From assembly GCA_937944105.1 (NCBI GenBank), contig CALDZP010000033.1, forward strand, positions 2,034-66,033: 64,000 nt of DNA, given 5' to 3'. The translations under genes were made by a program, and so were the position numbers. The stretch's first letter is position 1. Each line of letters begins with the position of its first letter. The notes below the pieces were generated by a model. It had not been told where the DNA came from and did no database searches. It was given only the letters and a program-made list of their open reading frames with translations. This document shows, one piece after another, positions 31,848 through 42,113 of this stretch. This stretch comes from an uncultured Ignavibacteria bacterium. Its GTDB lineage: Bacteria > Bacteroidota > Ignavibacteria > Ch128b.

Positions 31848-32144
31848 GTCATTCCGAACTTGATTCGGAATCTAAAGAACCGCAAAGTATCACTCTATAT
31901 TTATTTCGAGATTATTTTTTATTTGATCATAGATCCTGAAACAAGTTCAGGGTGACTTATTAATGTATGAGAATTTATTTTAACAAAAATATTATTCCAT
32001 AATTGTTTCTGGATCTAAAAAACCTCTTAAAATGTCACTCTTAACCTATTTTGGAATCTAAAAAACTAACAAAGTGTCATTCTGAGCTTTTTTCGTAATC
32101 TAATTCACACTCAACTACTTCAGTGTAGTGTTTTCATAATGATT
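31848..32144. repeat. Degenerate tandem array with a period of about 42 bp (at least 6-7 units), built on a 26-nt quasi-palindromic core GTCATTC-CGAAC-TTGATTC-GGAATCT plus a conserved 15-17 nt linker
   Basis: Units start at 31848 (perfect ATTCCGAA/TTCGGAAT palindrome), about 31889, about 31952, 31991, 32034 and 32076, with a possible further one near 32118. The linkers are also conserved (AAAGAACCGCAAAGT, AAAAAACCTCTTAAAAT, AAAAAACTAACAAAGT). Confidence 0.55.
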
Positions 32145-32576
32145 AAGTGAATAAATCTTTTGTGAGTATGTAAATAGTTTTAATTAAGTAATTTCTTTCT
32201 TTGTGAGGTAATTCTTTGTTATTTAATTTATTGCAATGGTTAGTAATTTGGTCATCGAATGTATTCGAGGTGACTTTTATTTTTAATCAACATTTATTGT
32301 CATTGCAAACAATGGTTGTCTAATCTCCGCTTGATAAACGAAGAATTCGGTCATTGATCATAATTAAAAGGCATGATGCGATCAAATTATTGGCTAAATA
32401 GTAAAGAATTGCTTTGTCGTTTATATTATTCAAGAGGAACCAGGTAGTAAAAGAACTTTTTTCTACGAAACAATTATTTTTTGAATTTATTCTGCAAACT
32501 GAAATTGATTTAGAAATTAAATACTCTTAAAACAAATATTTCAAAAATTAATATCAATGAATTGTAGAGATAAATT

Positions 32577-33365
32577 TTATATAGATTTTACATAACCACC
32601 ATCTATAAAAATTGTTTGTCCTGTAATATAACCAGCCTTTTCAGAAGCAAGGAACGCAACGAGACTGCCAATTTCTTCTGGTTTCCCAAGTCTACCCATC
32701 GGGATATCTTGTGTATAACTTTTTAATATTTCTTCATGACTTTTACCTGTTAATTTTGCTTGTTCAACTGCTAAATCATAGATTCTCTTTGTCAATGTAT
32801 AACCAGGTGCAACATTATTTACTGTAATATTAAAAGGTGCAACCTCAGTTGATAGTGTTTTAGCATAACCAATTACAGCATTCCTTAAAGAATTTGACAG
32901 CACAAGTCTTTGAATCGGTTGTTTAACTGTTACTGAAGTAATATTTATAATTCTACCAAAATTATTTTTCTTCATTGAATCAATTACAAGATTAGTTATA
33001 CGAACAACAGATAGTACAATTTCTTGATAAGCATTATTCCAATCATCTTCTTTGACATTGAAGATATATTTTGATGGTGGTCCTCCACAATTATTCACCA
33101 CTATATCGATTGAACCAAATACTCTTAGTGTTTCTTTAACTAATGCTTCAATATCATCAAGATTTTTTAAATCACACTGAAACCACTGAATATTTGTCCC
33201 GTAATTTTGAATTAAATCTTGAGCAACCTGGATTAAATCAGAGGAACTTCTTGAACAAATCATAACATTACATCCTTCAGCGGCTAAAGCTTCAGCACAG
33301 GCTCTTCCAATTCCTTTACTTGAAGCAGTAACAAGAGCATTTTTACCTTGAAGACCAAGTTCCAT
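32577..33365 (-). CDS. SDR family oxidoreductase (FabG-like)
   Basis: Start moved to ATG 33365, which has a GGAGG RBS; track start 33377 is TTG. TASSKGIGRA Rossmann motif; YxxxK in the NNVAPGYTLTKR region. Confidence 0.85.
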   Translation of the reverse strand: MELGLQGKNALVTASSKGIGRACAEALAAEGCNVMICSRSSSDLIQVAQDLIQNYGTNIQWFQCDLKNLDDIEALVKETLRVFGSIDIVVNNCGGPPSKYIFNVKEDDWNNAYQEIVLSVVRITNLVIDSMKKNNFGRIINITSVTVKQPIQRLVLSNSLRNAVIGYAKTLSTEVAPFNITVNNVAPGYTLTKRIYDLAVEQAKLTGKSHEEILKSYTQDIPMGRLGKPEEIGSLVAFLASEKAGYITGQTIFIDGGYVKSI

Positions 33366-33382
33366 TTTTACCTCCAATCATT

Positions 33383-34870
33383 TTAAGCTTCACTTAAATC
33401 AACTTTACTTAATTGATTTTCAGTTTTAGCAATTACTACGCTAACAGCTGCATCACCTGTAACATTAGTTACTGTTCTACACATGTCAAGAACTCTATCC
33501 ACGCCTAATATTAAAGCTATTCCAATTTCAGGAATATGAACAGTTTTCAAAATAATTAGAAGCATTATAATACCAACACCTGGAACTGGAGCAGTTCCAA
33601 TTGAGGCAAGAACAGCAGTAAAGATAATAACCAATTGTTCATAAAGGGAGAGTTCCATCCCAAAAACTTGAGAAATAAATATAGCTGCAACTCCCTGATA
33701 TAATGCAGTACCATCCATATTTATTGTTGCGCCCAGTGGTAGTGTAAATCCCGTGATACTTTTGGATATTCCTAAATTTTCTTCGCAGCATTCCATATTT
33801 ACAGGTAGCGTTGCTGCACTTGAACTTGTAGAAAAAGCAACTATTTGGGCTCTTCTAATCCCTTTGAAAAAAACATTCGGACTTAATTTACCAAAAAATT
33901 TTACAAGTCCTCCATAAATAAAAATTGTGTGTATTAGTAGACCAATGATTACAGTAAAAATATACCAGAATAAAGTTTCCAGAATCTCAAAACCAAACTC
34001 TGCTATAGTTGCTGATATTAAAGCAAATACACCAAAGGGAGCAATTTTCATTACTATATCTACAAGTTTTATCATTGTATCGCTAAATCCATCAAAAAAT
34101 TTTATCACTGGCTCAGATTTGGATTGAGAAATAAAATTTAAAGCTATGCCGACCATTAGAGCAAAAAACACAATTTGAAGCATTTCGGCATTAGTCATCG
34201 CTTTAAATATATTTTTTGGAACAACATTAACTAATTGATCAAGTATATTAAATTCTATTTCTGTTTGAACTTTTTGTGCGACTTCAGTTTTGTATGTTAG
34301 AAGCAATTCTTCTTTAGTTCTTTCATTTAATTTTTTTCCTGGTTGAATTAAATTTCCAAGAATTAAACCAATGGAGATTGCTATAGCAGTTGTAGACAAA
34401 TAAATAAGAATTGTTTTACTACCGATTCGTGCAAGTTTTTTAAGATTGCCAAGACTTGCTACACCAACAATAAGTGAAGATAGGACAAGAGGAATTGCAA
34501 TCATATTTAAAAGATTAATGAAAATTGTTCCAATTGGTTTTATTTGTATTGCGATTGTTTGTACTTTTTTTATTTCTTGAACCTGACGAAAACTTTTTTC
34601 TTTTGTTACCAATATTAGATTATTTTTTTCATCGGAACTTAATTGATTGAATCTCTGAATAATATTAGTATGATTGTTTAATATTTCTTTTTTACCATTG
34701 ATTAAAAATTCCAGGGAATCAAATTTTACTCTTTCTGTTACTAAGTTATTGTTGACCTTGTAAATTATGGTTATTTCATTTTTATTTATATGAAAAATTC
34801 CACCGAAAATGGCACCTAAAATTAATCCCAGAATTATTTGAGTATGCAATTTAATTTTAATTCTGCCCAT
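33383..34870 (-). CDS. Dicarboxylate/amino acid:cation symporter (DAACS/SDF family) with long N-terminal extension
   Basis: SDF hallmark regions (GTALYQGVAAIFI, PVNMECCEENLGI). 495 aa. Confidence 0.8.
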   Translation of the reverse strand: MGRIKIKLHTQIILGLILGAIFGGIFHINKNEITIIYKVNNNLVTERVKFDSLEFLINGKKEILNNHTNIIQRFNQLSSDEKNNLILVTKEKSFRQVQEIKKVQTIAIQIKPIGTIFINLLNMIAIPLVLSSLIVGVASLGNLKKLARIGSKTILIYLSTTAIAISIGLILGNLIQPGKKLNERTKEELLLTYKTEVAQKVQTEIEFNILDQLVNVVPKNIFKAMTNAEMLQIVFFALMVGIALNFISQSKSEPVIKFFDGFSDTMIKLVDIVMKIAPFGVFALISATIAEFGFEILETLFWYIFTVIIGLLIHTIFIYGGLVKFFGKLSPNVFFKGIRRAQIVAFSTSSSAATLPVNMECCEENLGISKSITGFTLPLGATINMDGTALYQGVAAIFISQVFGMELSLYEQLVIIFTAVLASIGTAPVPGVGIIMLLIILKTVHIPEIGIALILGVDRVLDMCRTVTNVTGDAAVSVVIAKTENQLSKVDLSEA

Positions 34871-34893
34871 ATCTTTCCTTAAATGAGATTGGT

Positions 34894-36027
34894 TTATAAC
34901 ATTAATTGTTCACAAATTTCGTCCACAAGTAAATAACCTTTTTTGGTTAATCTGAGCATATCATTTTCGATAATTACAAATCCATTTTTAATTAATTCAT
35001 TAAAAAATCTTTCTTCATGTTTTAAGAGATTGATATTGAATTCGTCTTCCAATTGTTTAAGATTAATTCCTTTACTTCTTAATCCAAGATAGAGTCTTTC
35101 ATTGTATATTTCAGTTGGGTTTAAAAATTCTTCATCTTTTATTGCATTACCTGAGCCATTCACTCTTTCAATATATCTGGAAATATTTCTGTAATTATGC
35201 CAGCGTCTATTATCCCAAAGTGAGTGTGAAGAAGGTCCAAATCCCAGATAATTTATTCGATACCAGTAGTTTAAATTATGAATAGATTCATATCCAGGTT
35301 TTGAAAAATTAGAAACTTCGTATTGAACAAATCCATGTTCTGGTAAAAAGTCCATGGTAAATTCATACATGTCCGCATCCTGTTCGATGGAGGGCAAATA
35401 AATAATTCCTTTTTTTGATTGATAGTACAGACTTGTTCCTGGTTCAAGTGTTAAACTATAAGCTGAGATATGTTTGATAGGTTGTTGAACTGCGATTTTC
35501 AAGTTTTCTTTCCAGTCATCCAAAGTTTGACCAGGGATTGAAAATATCAAATCAATATTTATATTATTAAAACCTGCTTTCGCAGCTATCTCTATACTCT
35601 TAAGAGCAGTTTTACTATCATGGTCACGAGTAAGATACTTTAAATCTTCATCGTTAAAAGATTGGACACCAATACTCAAACGATTAATACCAATTGATAA
35701 GAACTCATTCAATTTTTTTTCATCAATTGTATTTGGGTTGGATTCGATAGTTATTTCAATATCCTCAGGGTATTTAAAAATGGTAGTTAATTTATTAATG
35801 ATTTGTCTTAGATATGATGGTTCAACCAATGAAGGAGTTCCCCCACCAAAATAAATAGTTTGTAAATAACCTTTATCGTGATAAACCTCGGCAAAATAAT
35901 CAATCTCTTTCAAAAGTGAATACAAAAGAGGATTTTTTTTATCGTGTTTTATTAATACATAAAAATCACAATAATTACATTTGATATTGCAAAAAGGAAT
36001 ATGAACATAGACTGAAAAGGGTTTCAA
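34894..36027 (-). CDS. hemW: Radical SAM heme chaperone HemW (coproporphyrinogen III oxidase-like)
   Basis: IPFCNIKCNYCDF CxxxCxxC motif. TTG start with AAGGAG RBS. HemW-like C-terminal domain. Confidence 0.85.
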   Translation of the reverse strand: MKPFSVYVHIPFCNIKCNYCDFYVLIKHDKKNPLLYSLLKEIDYFAEVYHDKGYLQTIYFGGGTPSLVEPSYLRQIINKLTTIFKYPEDIEITIESNPNTIDEKKLNEFLSIGINRLSIGVQSFNDEDLKYLTRDHDSKTALKSIEIAAKAGFNNINIDLIFSIPGQTLDDWKENLKIAVQQPIKHISAYSLTLEPGTSLYYQSKKGIIYLPSIEQDADMYEFTMDFLPEHGFVQYEVSNFSKPGYESIHNLNYWYRINYLGFGPSSHSLWDNRRWHNYRNISRYIERVNGSGNAIKDEEFLNPTEIYNERLYLGLRSKGINLKQLEDEFNINLLKHEERFFNELIKNGFVIIENDMLRLTKKGYLLVDEICEQLML

Positions 36028-36048
36028 TGTTTACTCCTTTTAGATTTG

Positions 36049-37854
36049 TTACAATTCTTTTCTTAATAAATACCAGTTGTTATAGTCAAGTTGATCAAAA
36101 TCAAGTCTTAAAATTTTTTCCCCATTAAAATAGACAAATAGATTAGTTTCATCATTTAAGGGCAATTTAAAGATAAATTTAACAGAAAGTATGTCCTTCC
36201 CATCGAGGGTTGTTCGTAAAATAGTAGCAGTAAATTTTTTTGTTTTATATTCCTTACCGACATCAAATTTTGGATAAACTCTCACAATCTTTGCAAATAA
36301 ATTATTTAGCCAGCCTTTTGAGTTTGTTTCGAGTAGAAAGGTATATTCATCGTGTTTTTTAATTTTCATATCTCCATCAAAACTTGACAGTGGATAAACA
36401 TCAATGTTATAGTTAGTCTGGAATTTTGTTATATCGTTAAGATAAAAAGTGTAAAAGATAGATGGGGTGTTTAGATAAAAAATATTTTGTGTTTTTTTAT
36501 CAATGAGTTGATTTGTTTCACTAACTATTGATGTAATCTTGCGAAATTCTTTTTTGTATTCTGATGGATAGTAAAGACTTAAGTAAAAGGCAAAAATCAA
36601 TGTGCTAAAAATAAGGTAATAACCGAAAATATCACCGAGATATTTTAATCCTTTTGGATTTTGTGGTAGAAAGAATTTTTTTATTGGTTGGGTGTTCATG
36701 ATCAAATAAGAGACTAAAAAACTTCCAAAAACGAAAGGAAAATAAATTAATCTTTCCGATGGAATAGTTATCAATTGCACTAAGAATGAAATTGTAATAA
36801 GCAAAAAACTATAATGAACCATTCTTGTTTTCCTGTAAGGGAGGAGATTAATTGATAAAATGAAATACAAAAAAATACCAAGTGCAGTAAATAGGGGAAT
36901 ATATTTTTCTTCGAAAATAACAAGACCAAAAGGAATATTAGTAAGTATGCCCGTTAGCATTATGGGAAGACCAGTAATTACATTTTTAATGTAATCCATG
37001 GGGCGTTTAAACGGATCGAAATACATCATATTATTTACGCCAAAACCTGCCAACTTATAAAATGAAAGAAATACGACAATTAATAAAAAGTGAAACCTCC
37101 AGTAACTTTCATTTTTTATAAGTAAAATTAATTTATTATAAAATCTTTTAAAGATATTTTTCTCTTTACTCTGTGATTCGAGTAATATAAATTCATAAAG
37201 TATTATTGCCAGTGGACCAATAACTGCTGTTTCTTTGCATAGTAGTGCCAAAAATATATAAATTCTGGATAGTCTTCTGTGTTGAACTAATGCAGTTTCT
37301 CTATGCTTAACATAATAATATAAACCAAGGTTGATAAATAAAACAGAAAATAAATCTGTATTAGTTGATATCCAGCCAACTGTCATAGAATGATCTTCCG
37401 AAATCAAGAAAATTATAGAAGCAAGCAGAGAGACACTATACAATTTTGAAAATTTTAAAAGCAAAAGGAATACAGAAAAAGCAACAAGAGAATGGAGTAA
37501 AATTGAAAAAGAATGTAATATCAATGCGGCATAGTTTTCATTGATCCAATAAATGATACTGAAAAATAACGAAGGGATTGGTCGGAAAAATTTTGCTTTT
37601 ACATTTTCATCTTTCCACCATAAATTTTGAAATGTATCATAATCTCTAATATCAATAGACCAGAAACCAGCTAAGGGGTATTTAATTTCTTTTGATTTGA
37701 GAATCGACACAAAAAAATAATCATCAGCCCAGAATTCATTTGATATGTAAGGATGAAAAATAATTATTGCAATTACAAATTGAATGATAAAAATTTGAAG
37801 ATTAGTTAATCTCTTTGGAAAGACTTTTTTAAGTTTAGTAACTATTTCTTTCAA
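36049..37854 (-). CDS. Polytopic membrane protein, possible glycosyl/arabinosyl-transferase-like (GT39/ArnT-like)
   Basis: 601 aa. More than 10 TM helices in the N-terminal half and a soluble C-terminal domain. TTG start. Family assignment is weak. Confidence 0.4.
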   Translation of the reverse strand: MKEIVTKLKKVFPKRLTNLQIFIIQFVIAIIIFHPYISNEFWADDYFFVSILKSKEIKYPLAGFWSIDIRDYDTFQNLWWKDENVKAKFFRPIPSLFFSIIYWINENYAALILHSFSILLHSLVAFSVFLLLLKFSKLYSVSLLASIIFLISEDHSMTVGWISTNTDLFSVLFINLGLYYYVKHRETALVQHRRLSRIYIFLALLCKETAVIGPLAIILYEFILLESQSKEKNIFKRFYNKLILLIKNESYWRFHFLLIVVFLSFYKLAGFGVNNMMYFDPFKRPMDYIKNVITGLPIMLTGILTNIPFGLVIFEEKYIPLFTALGIFLYFILSINLLPYRKTRMVHYSFLLITISFLVQLITIPSERLIYFPFVFGSFLVSYLIMNTQPIKKFFLPQNPKGLKYLGDIFGYYLIFSTLIFAFYLSLYYPSEYKKEFRKITSIVSETNQLIDKKTQNIFYLNTPSIFYTFYLNDITKFQTNYNIDVYPLSSFDGDMKIKKHDEYTFLLETNSKGWLNNLFAKIVRVYPKFDVGKEYKTKKFTATILRTTLDGKDILSVKFIFKLPLNDETNLFVYFNGEKILRLDFDQLDYNNWYLLRKEL

Positions 37855-37868
37855 TGATTTCCATACTA

Positions 37869-39575
37869 TTAGTTTGAGTTGTAAATAAGTTCTTTTGCAC
37901 TTTCTATTGATGCTGGTGTTACTTCTTCCCCGCTTATAAGTTTAGCTACCTCATAAATTTTTTCTTCTTCTGAAAGTTTTTTAATGGTAGTAATTGCTCT
38001 TCCGTCTTTTACTTTTTTATCAACTACAAAATGTGTATCTGAAAAGCCAGCAATTTGAGGTAAATGAGTTATGGCAATTATTTGATGAAATTCAGATAAG
38101 TTTTTCAATGCTTTACCAACTTTTTGTGCAATTCTGCCGCTTATTCCAACATCAATTTCATCAAAAACCATGAGTGGTAATTTGTCTGATTTAGCAAGTA
38201 TTGTTTTTAATGCTAACATTATTCGCGAAATTTCACCTCCTGAAGCAACTTTTGTAAGCGGTTTTAATTCTTCTCCAGGGTTTGTGGAGATATAAAATTC
38301 CACTTCATCAAATCCATCTGGAGTAGCAACAAAATATTCAGATCCCAATTTTACAAAAGCATAAGGATTTTCAGTTTTCTTATTTCTGAATACCACATCA
38401 AATTTAGCATTGTTAATCCCAAGCTCTTTTAATATTGACACAATTGATTTACTAATTTTTTCTGCAACTTCTCTTCTCTTTTCTGACAATCTGACTGCAG
38501 CATCGCTGCAAAGTTTTCTTTCAAATTCAATCTCTTCTTCGAGTTTATGAATTTCTTCTTCAAAATTTTCAACAAGTTTTAGTTCTTCTTCGATTTTATT
38601 TCTGTGTTCAATTACTGCATCAAGAGAACCGCCATATTTTTTTGCCAGTAAAACTAAACTACCGAGTCGCTCTCTATATTCTTCTAATAATTCTGGATTG
38701 AATTCAATTCTAGAGTTGTAGCTTTGAATAAATTTTGCAATTTCATCAACGACTGTAATCGCTGAAGAAATATCGTTTTTAAGTTCTGAAAAGGTTTTAT
38801 CAATCTTTGCCAGTTCATCAATTAAGTTCCTTACTTTAATCAATTGATCGTAAATTGCAAATTCTGATTCATAAAGTGTCTCGTAAATTCTCGATGTAGA
38901 TTCATAAAGACGTTCGCTGTTTTCAAGTATATTTAGTTTAGTTTTAATTTCTTCAATTTCATTTGGTTTTGGATTAATAGCGTCAATTTCTTTTGCCTGA
39001 AATTCATATAAATCTTTCTTTTCTCGTGAAGTTTTTTCGATATTTTTTAAGTATTCAAGTTTTTCAAATGCTTTTTTCAGGTTATAATAATGTTGTCGAT
39101 ATTCTTCGATTAATTTCTCGAGATTCCCAAAATTGTCGAGCAGATGAATGTGAGTTTCTGTCCTTAATAATGATTGATGTTCATGTTGACCATGAAGATC
39201 GATGATAAACTTTCCGAGTTCTTTTAAGTGAGAAAGAGTTGCGGGGGAATCATTTATAAAACTTCTCGATGTCCCTTTCTTTAAAATCTCTCTTCGAATG
39301 ATAAGTTCATCACCAATATCAAAATCGTTATCTCCTAAGAAATTTATTACATTTTGATTATCGCTAACATCAAAAACGCCTTCAATAATTGCTTTCTCTG
39401 AACCAGTTCGTATTACATCTGTTGATGCTTTTTCACCGATTAATAAATTCATTGCATCAACGATTATTGATTTACCTACTCCTGTCTCTCCAGTGATTAT
39501 ATTTAGTCCCGAATCAAAGTGAATGGTGATTTTATCTATAAGAATATAATCTTTAATAGTAAGTGTTTTTATCAT
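37869..39575 (-). CDS. recN: DNA repair protein RecN
   Basis: GETGVGKSIIVDA Walker A, long coiled-coil region, C-terminal SGGE signature with Walker B. Confidence 0.9.
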   Translation of the reverse strand: MIKTLTIKDYILIDKITIHFDSGLNIITGETGVGKSIIVDAMNLLIGEKASTDVIRTGSEKAIIEGVFDVSDNQNVINFLGDNDFDIGDELIIRREILKKGTSRSFINDSPATLSHLKELGKFIIDLHGQHEHQSLLRTETHIHLLDNFGNLEKLIEEYRQHYYNLKKAFEKLEYLKNIEKTSREKKDLYEFQAKEIDAINPKPNEIEEIKTKLNILENSERLYESTSRIYETLYESEFAIYDQLIKVRNLIDELAKIDKTFSELKNDISSAITVVDEIAKFIQSYNSRIEFNPELLEEYRERLGSLVLLAKKYGGSLDAVIEHRNKIEEELKLVENFEEEIHKLEEEIEFERKLCSDAAVRLSEKRREVAEKISKSIVSILKELGINNAKFDVVFRNKKTENPYAFVKLGSEYFVATPDGFDEVEFYISTNPGEELKPLTKVASGGEISRIMLALKTILAKSDKLPLMVFDEIDVGISGRIAQKVGKALKNLSEFHQIIAITHLPQIAGFSDTHFVVDKKVKDGRAITTIKKLSEEEKIYEVAKLISGEEVTPASIESAKELIYNSN

Positions 39576-40011
39576 AAAAAACTCTCTCTCATTAAATATT
39601 ATACAAAAAAATTCGGATATAATCTTAACAAAATTTGATGTAAAATCTTTTCTGAATAGTTATTAGAAAATTCATTCTTGATTTAAAAAGTGATATTCAT
39701 TGCCATCACGATAAAACTGGAGAAGCGATTTTTTTGTGTTTAGTTCAGTAATTTTAAGATGACTTGCTGTTCTTTTGTGAAGGATTGATTCGTCGTTTCT
39801 TTCCTACCAATGATCGTTAAGTGTGACAGTTATTGCGAGCCTTGAAAAATCATGAAAAAGCAATCCTTTATAATCAGCTTTAATAATTTCAAATAAATTA
39901 AGTTGAAATTTGAATTCTGCTTATCGAAATTTGAATCAGAAAATATTCATAGAATTTTATAGTCATTTGATTTAACCGATAATATTTCAAGGACTTATAG
40001 AGAAAAATTTT

Positions 40012-41004
40012 GTGAACAATAAAAAAATTTACGATATACTTAAGAATGTTTTGTTTGGTCAACCGACTGATTTGGAAAAAAACCATCTCTTTGAAATATT
40101 AATAGAGGTGGCAAGGATGAGAATACGTTTCTTTAGCAGGCTAAAATATTTTTCCCTTGAAAGAAACGAAATCTCGATGGATGATATCGCCCTTGAGGCT
40201 ATTTCAAATCTACTAAGTAATAATGAAGTAGATTATCTTAATTATATTCGAAAATCTTTTTCGAATTGGGTACCGCCTATCAGAGATGAAGAAGAAGCAA
40301 TTAATTTTGTGAATAAAATAATTGATCAATCAATCTATCAAACTATAGCAAAAAAATACAGTGAGCTTGACCCTTTATTTTCAAAAATACTTAAAGAAAT
40401 TAAAAGAGCTAACCGTCATAAATATAAGATTTTCGAAAGAGTAGATACGGAGTATATTGCATTAAAATCATTTGATATAAATTCAAAGTTTAATATTATA
40501 CCGCAAGAAGAATTGATTGTACTGGGTGTTCAAAAATTTCCTGACAATAATTACATAAATAAATGGATTGATGAAATTTTTAAGTCTTTAAAAGAATTTA
40601 CAGACTACTCACCGATATTACCAGTTAATTCACTTGCACTTAAAATAAAATTTGAATTGACCGCTGTCCAAAAAATTGACTTTAATGTGATTCCTGATCC
40701 TGAGATACAATTTATGATTAGAGAAGGGATATTATTATCACTAAAAAGGATTGAAAAAAAACTTGATGAGTTAGGAAAGAAGAAGAAAAAATACAACGAA
40801 CGAGTTAGAACCATGTTCAGAGAAGCTTTAGCAGATATAGCTTATGATTTACTTGAAGGGGATGAAATAAAAAATTATTACGAATACCTTAAGAATCACG
40901 ATAAAAATCTAACAGTGAAAGATTATAGAGAAAATTATCGTGCTCAATTTGAATATTTAATCAAAATATTAAAAAACGATATAGTCCGATATTATCTTCA
41001 GTAA
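40012..41004 (+). CDS. Hypothetical cytoplasmic protein, K/E-rich; start uncertain (GTG)
   Basis: 330 aa, no TM segment, no recognised domain. Confidence 0.4.
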   Translation: MNNKKIYDILKNVLFGQPTDLEKNHLFEILIEVARMRIRFFSRLKYFSLERNEISMDDIALEAISNLLSNNEVDYLNYIRKSFSNWVPPIRDEEEAINFVNKIIDQSIYQTIAKKYSELDPLFSKILKEIKRANRHKYKIFERVDTEYIALKSFDINSKFNIIPQEELIVLGVQKFPDNNYINKWIDEIFKSLKEFTDYSPILPVNSLALKIKFELTAVQKIDFNVIPDPEIQFMIREGILLSLKRIEKKLDELGKKKKKYNERVRTMFREALADIAYDLLEGDEIKNYYEYLKNHDKNLTVKDYRENYRAQFEYLIKILKNDIVRYYLQ

Positions 41005-41045
41005 TTTTTAATCTCTTCATTTATCAAATTATAAATTGTGGTTAT

Positions 41046-42113
41046 TTGCATATTTTTGAAAAACATTTATTCATGTTTAATATAGATGATTTAAACACAC
41101 AGTACAATTATCGACAAAGAGTTACAGCATTATGGGCTTTTAGTGAGTCTGTTTTTGGTGGACTTCTGCACGCGTTAAAGATACCATTTACGGGACTTTT
41201 TCTTGGCGGATTTGCTGTAATTTTTCTTTCGTTAGTTGCAGAACTTTCAAATAACAAAAAAGAAATACTAAAAATTACTTCAATTGTTATTGCAATAAAG
41301 TTCTTAATGTCTCCTAATACTCCTTTTACTGCTTATCTTGCTGTTCTCATTCAGGGTATATTTGCTTTTATAATTTTTTCATTAATAAATAATCGTTCAG
41401 TTTCAATCATTCTTTTGAGCTTTTTATCTGCTTTATGGTCAGCATCTCAAAAAATTATTGTTACCACTTTGATTTTTGGAATGACATTCTGGTATTCCAT
41501 AGATAGTTTTGTTATTTACCTAAGTAAAATTGCTGGCATAAATTTAAGCAAGGATTTTAGTGTAAGCATCATTTTAATTGTTTCTTACTTTTTATTGCAT
41601 TTAATTGGAGCTGCTATATTTGCCAGAATTGCCATAAGATTTCCGATTTTTTTGAATGAAAATAAAAGTAGGTTGGAAAAGATAAAAAAGGAATACCAGA
41701 TTTATAAGGAAACAAAACTAATTGTTAACAATTCATTTAATCATTCAAAGAAAAAGAAATGGTATAAGAAACCATCGCGATTAATTTTGTTAATTTTTAT
41801 GGTTTGTTTAACCATCATTTCATATATGAATCCAGAATTAAATAAAATTAAATTTTTTGATGTCATTTCAATGTTGGTTCGTGCGATCGTTATAATTTAT
41901 CTATGGTTTAAAGTTGTTTCACCGCTATTGGTAAAAGGTTTTGTAAAATTGTTTAGAAAAAATTCTGCATTTGAGAAGATTGATTCATATACGACCTTTT
42001 TTCCTGAATTCAAGGAAATTCTTTTATATAATTGGAAATCGAATTCATCATATCCTAAATTATTAAGGATAAGAAAATTTATGGAAGATTTATTTTTATT
42101 ATTACTAATATGA
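41046..42113 (+). CDS. Hypothetical polytopic membrane protein (about 8 TM helices)
   Basis: Start either TTG 41046 or ATG 41073. No recognised family. Confidence 0.45.
   Translation: MHIFEKHLFMFNIDDLNTQYNYRQRVTALWAFSESVFGGLLHALKIPFTGLFLGGFAVIFLSLVAELSNNKKEILKITSIVIAIKFLMSPNTPFTAYLAVLIQGIFAFIIFSLINNRSVSIILLSFLSALWSASQKIIVTTLIFGMTFWYSIDSFVIYLSKIAGINLSKDFSVSIILIVSYFLLHLIGAAIFARIAIRFPIFLNENKSRLEKIKKEYQIYKETKLIVNNSFNHSKKKKWYKKPSRLILLIFMVCLTIISYMNPELNKIKFFDVISMLVRAIVIIYLWFKVVSPLLVKGFVKLFRKNSAFEKIDSYTTFFPEFKEILLYNWKSNSSYPKLLRIRKFMEDLFLLLLI

Noticed and set aside
31848-32144. CRISPR array interpretation of the 26-nt palindromic repeats
   Set aside because: The apparent spacers are only 15-17 nt and are themselves conserved between units. 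The whole 42-mer therefore repeats. There are no cas genes in the window and no leader-like organisation.
31006-32576. tRNA, tmRNA, RNase P, SRP or 6S RNA in the ORF-free region
   Set aside because: No T-loop (GTTCRAATC) or acceptor-stem patterns are present. There is no tmRNA tag ORF or 3' CCA-adjacent tRNA-like end. A minus-strand GGAAAGTCCC resembles the RNase P P4 motif but lacks the flanking GGGCUC/ACAGAA partners and a GC-rich core.
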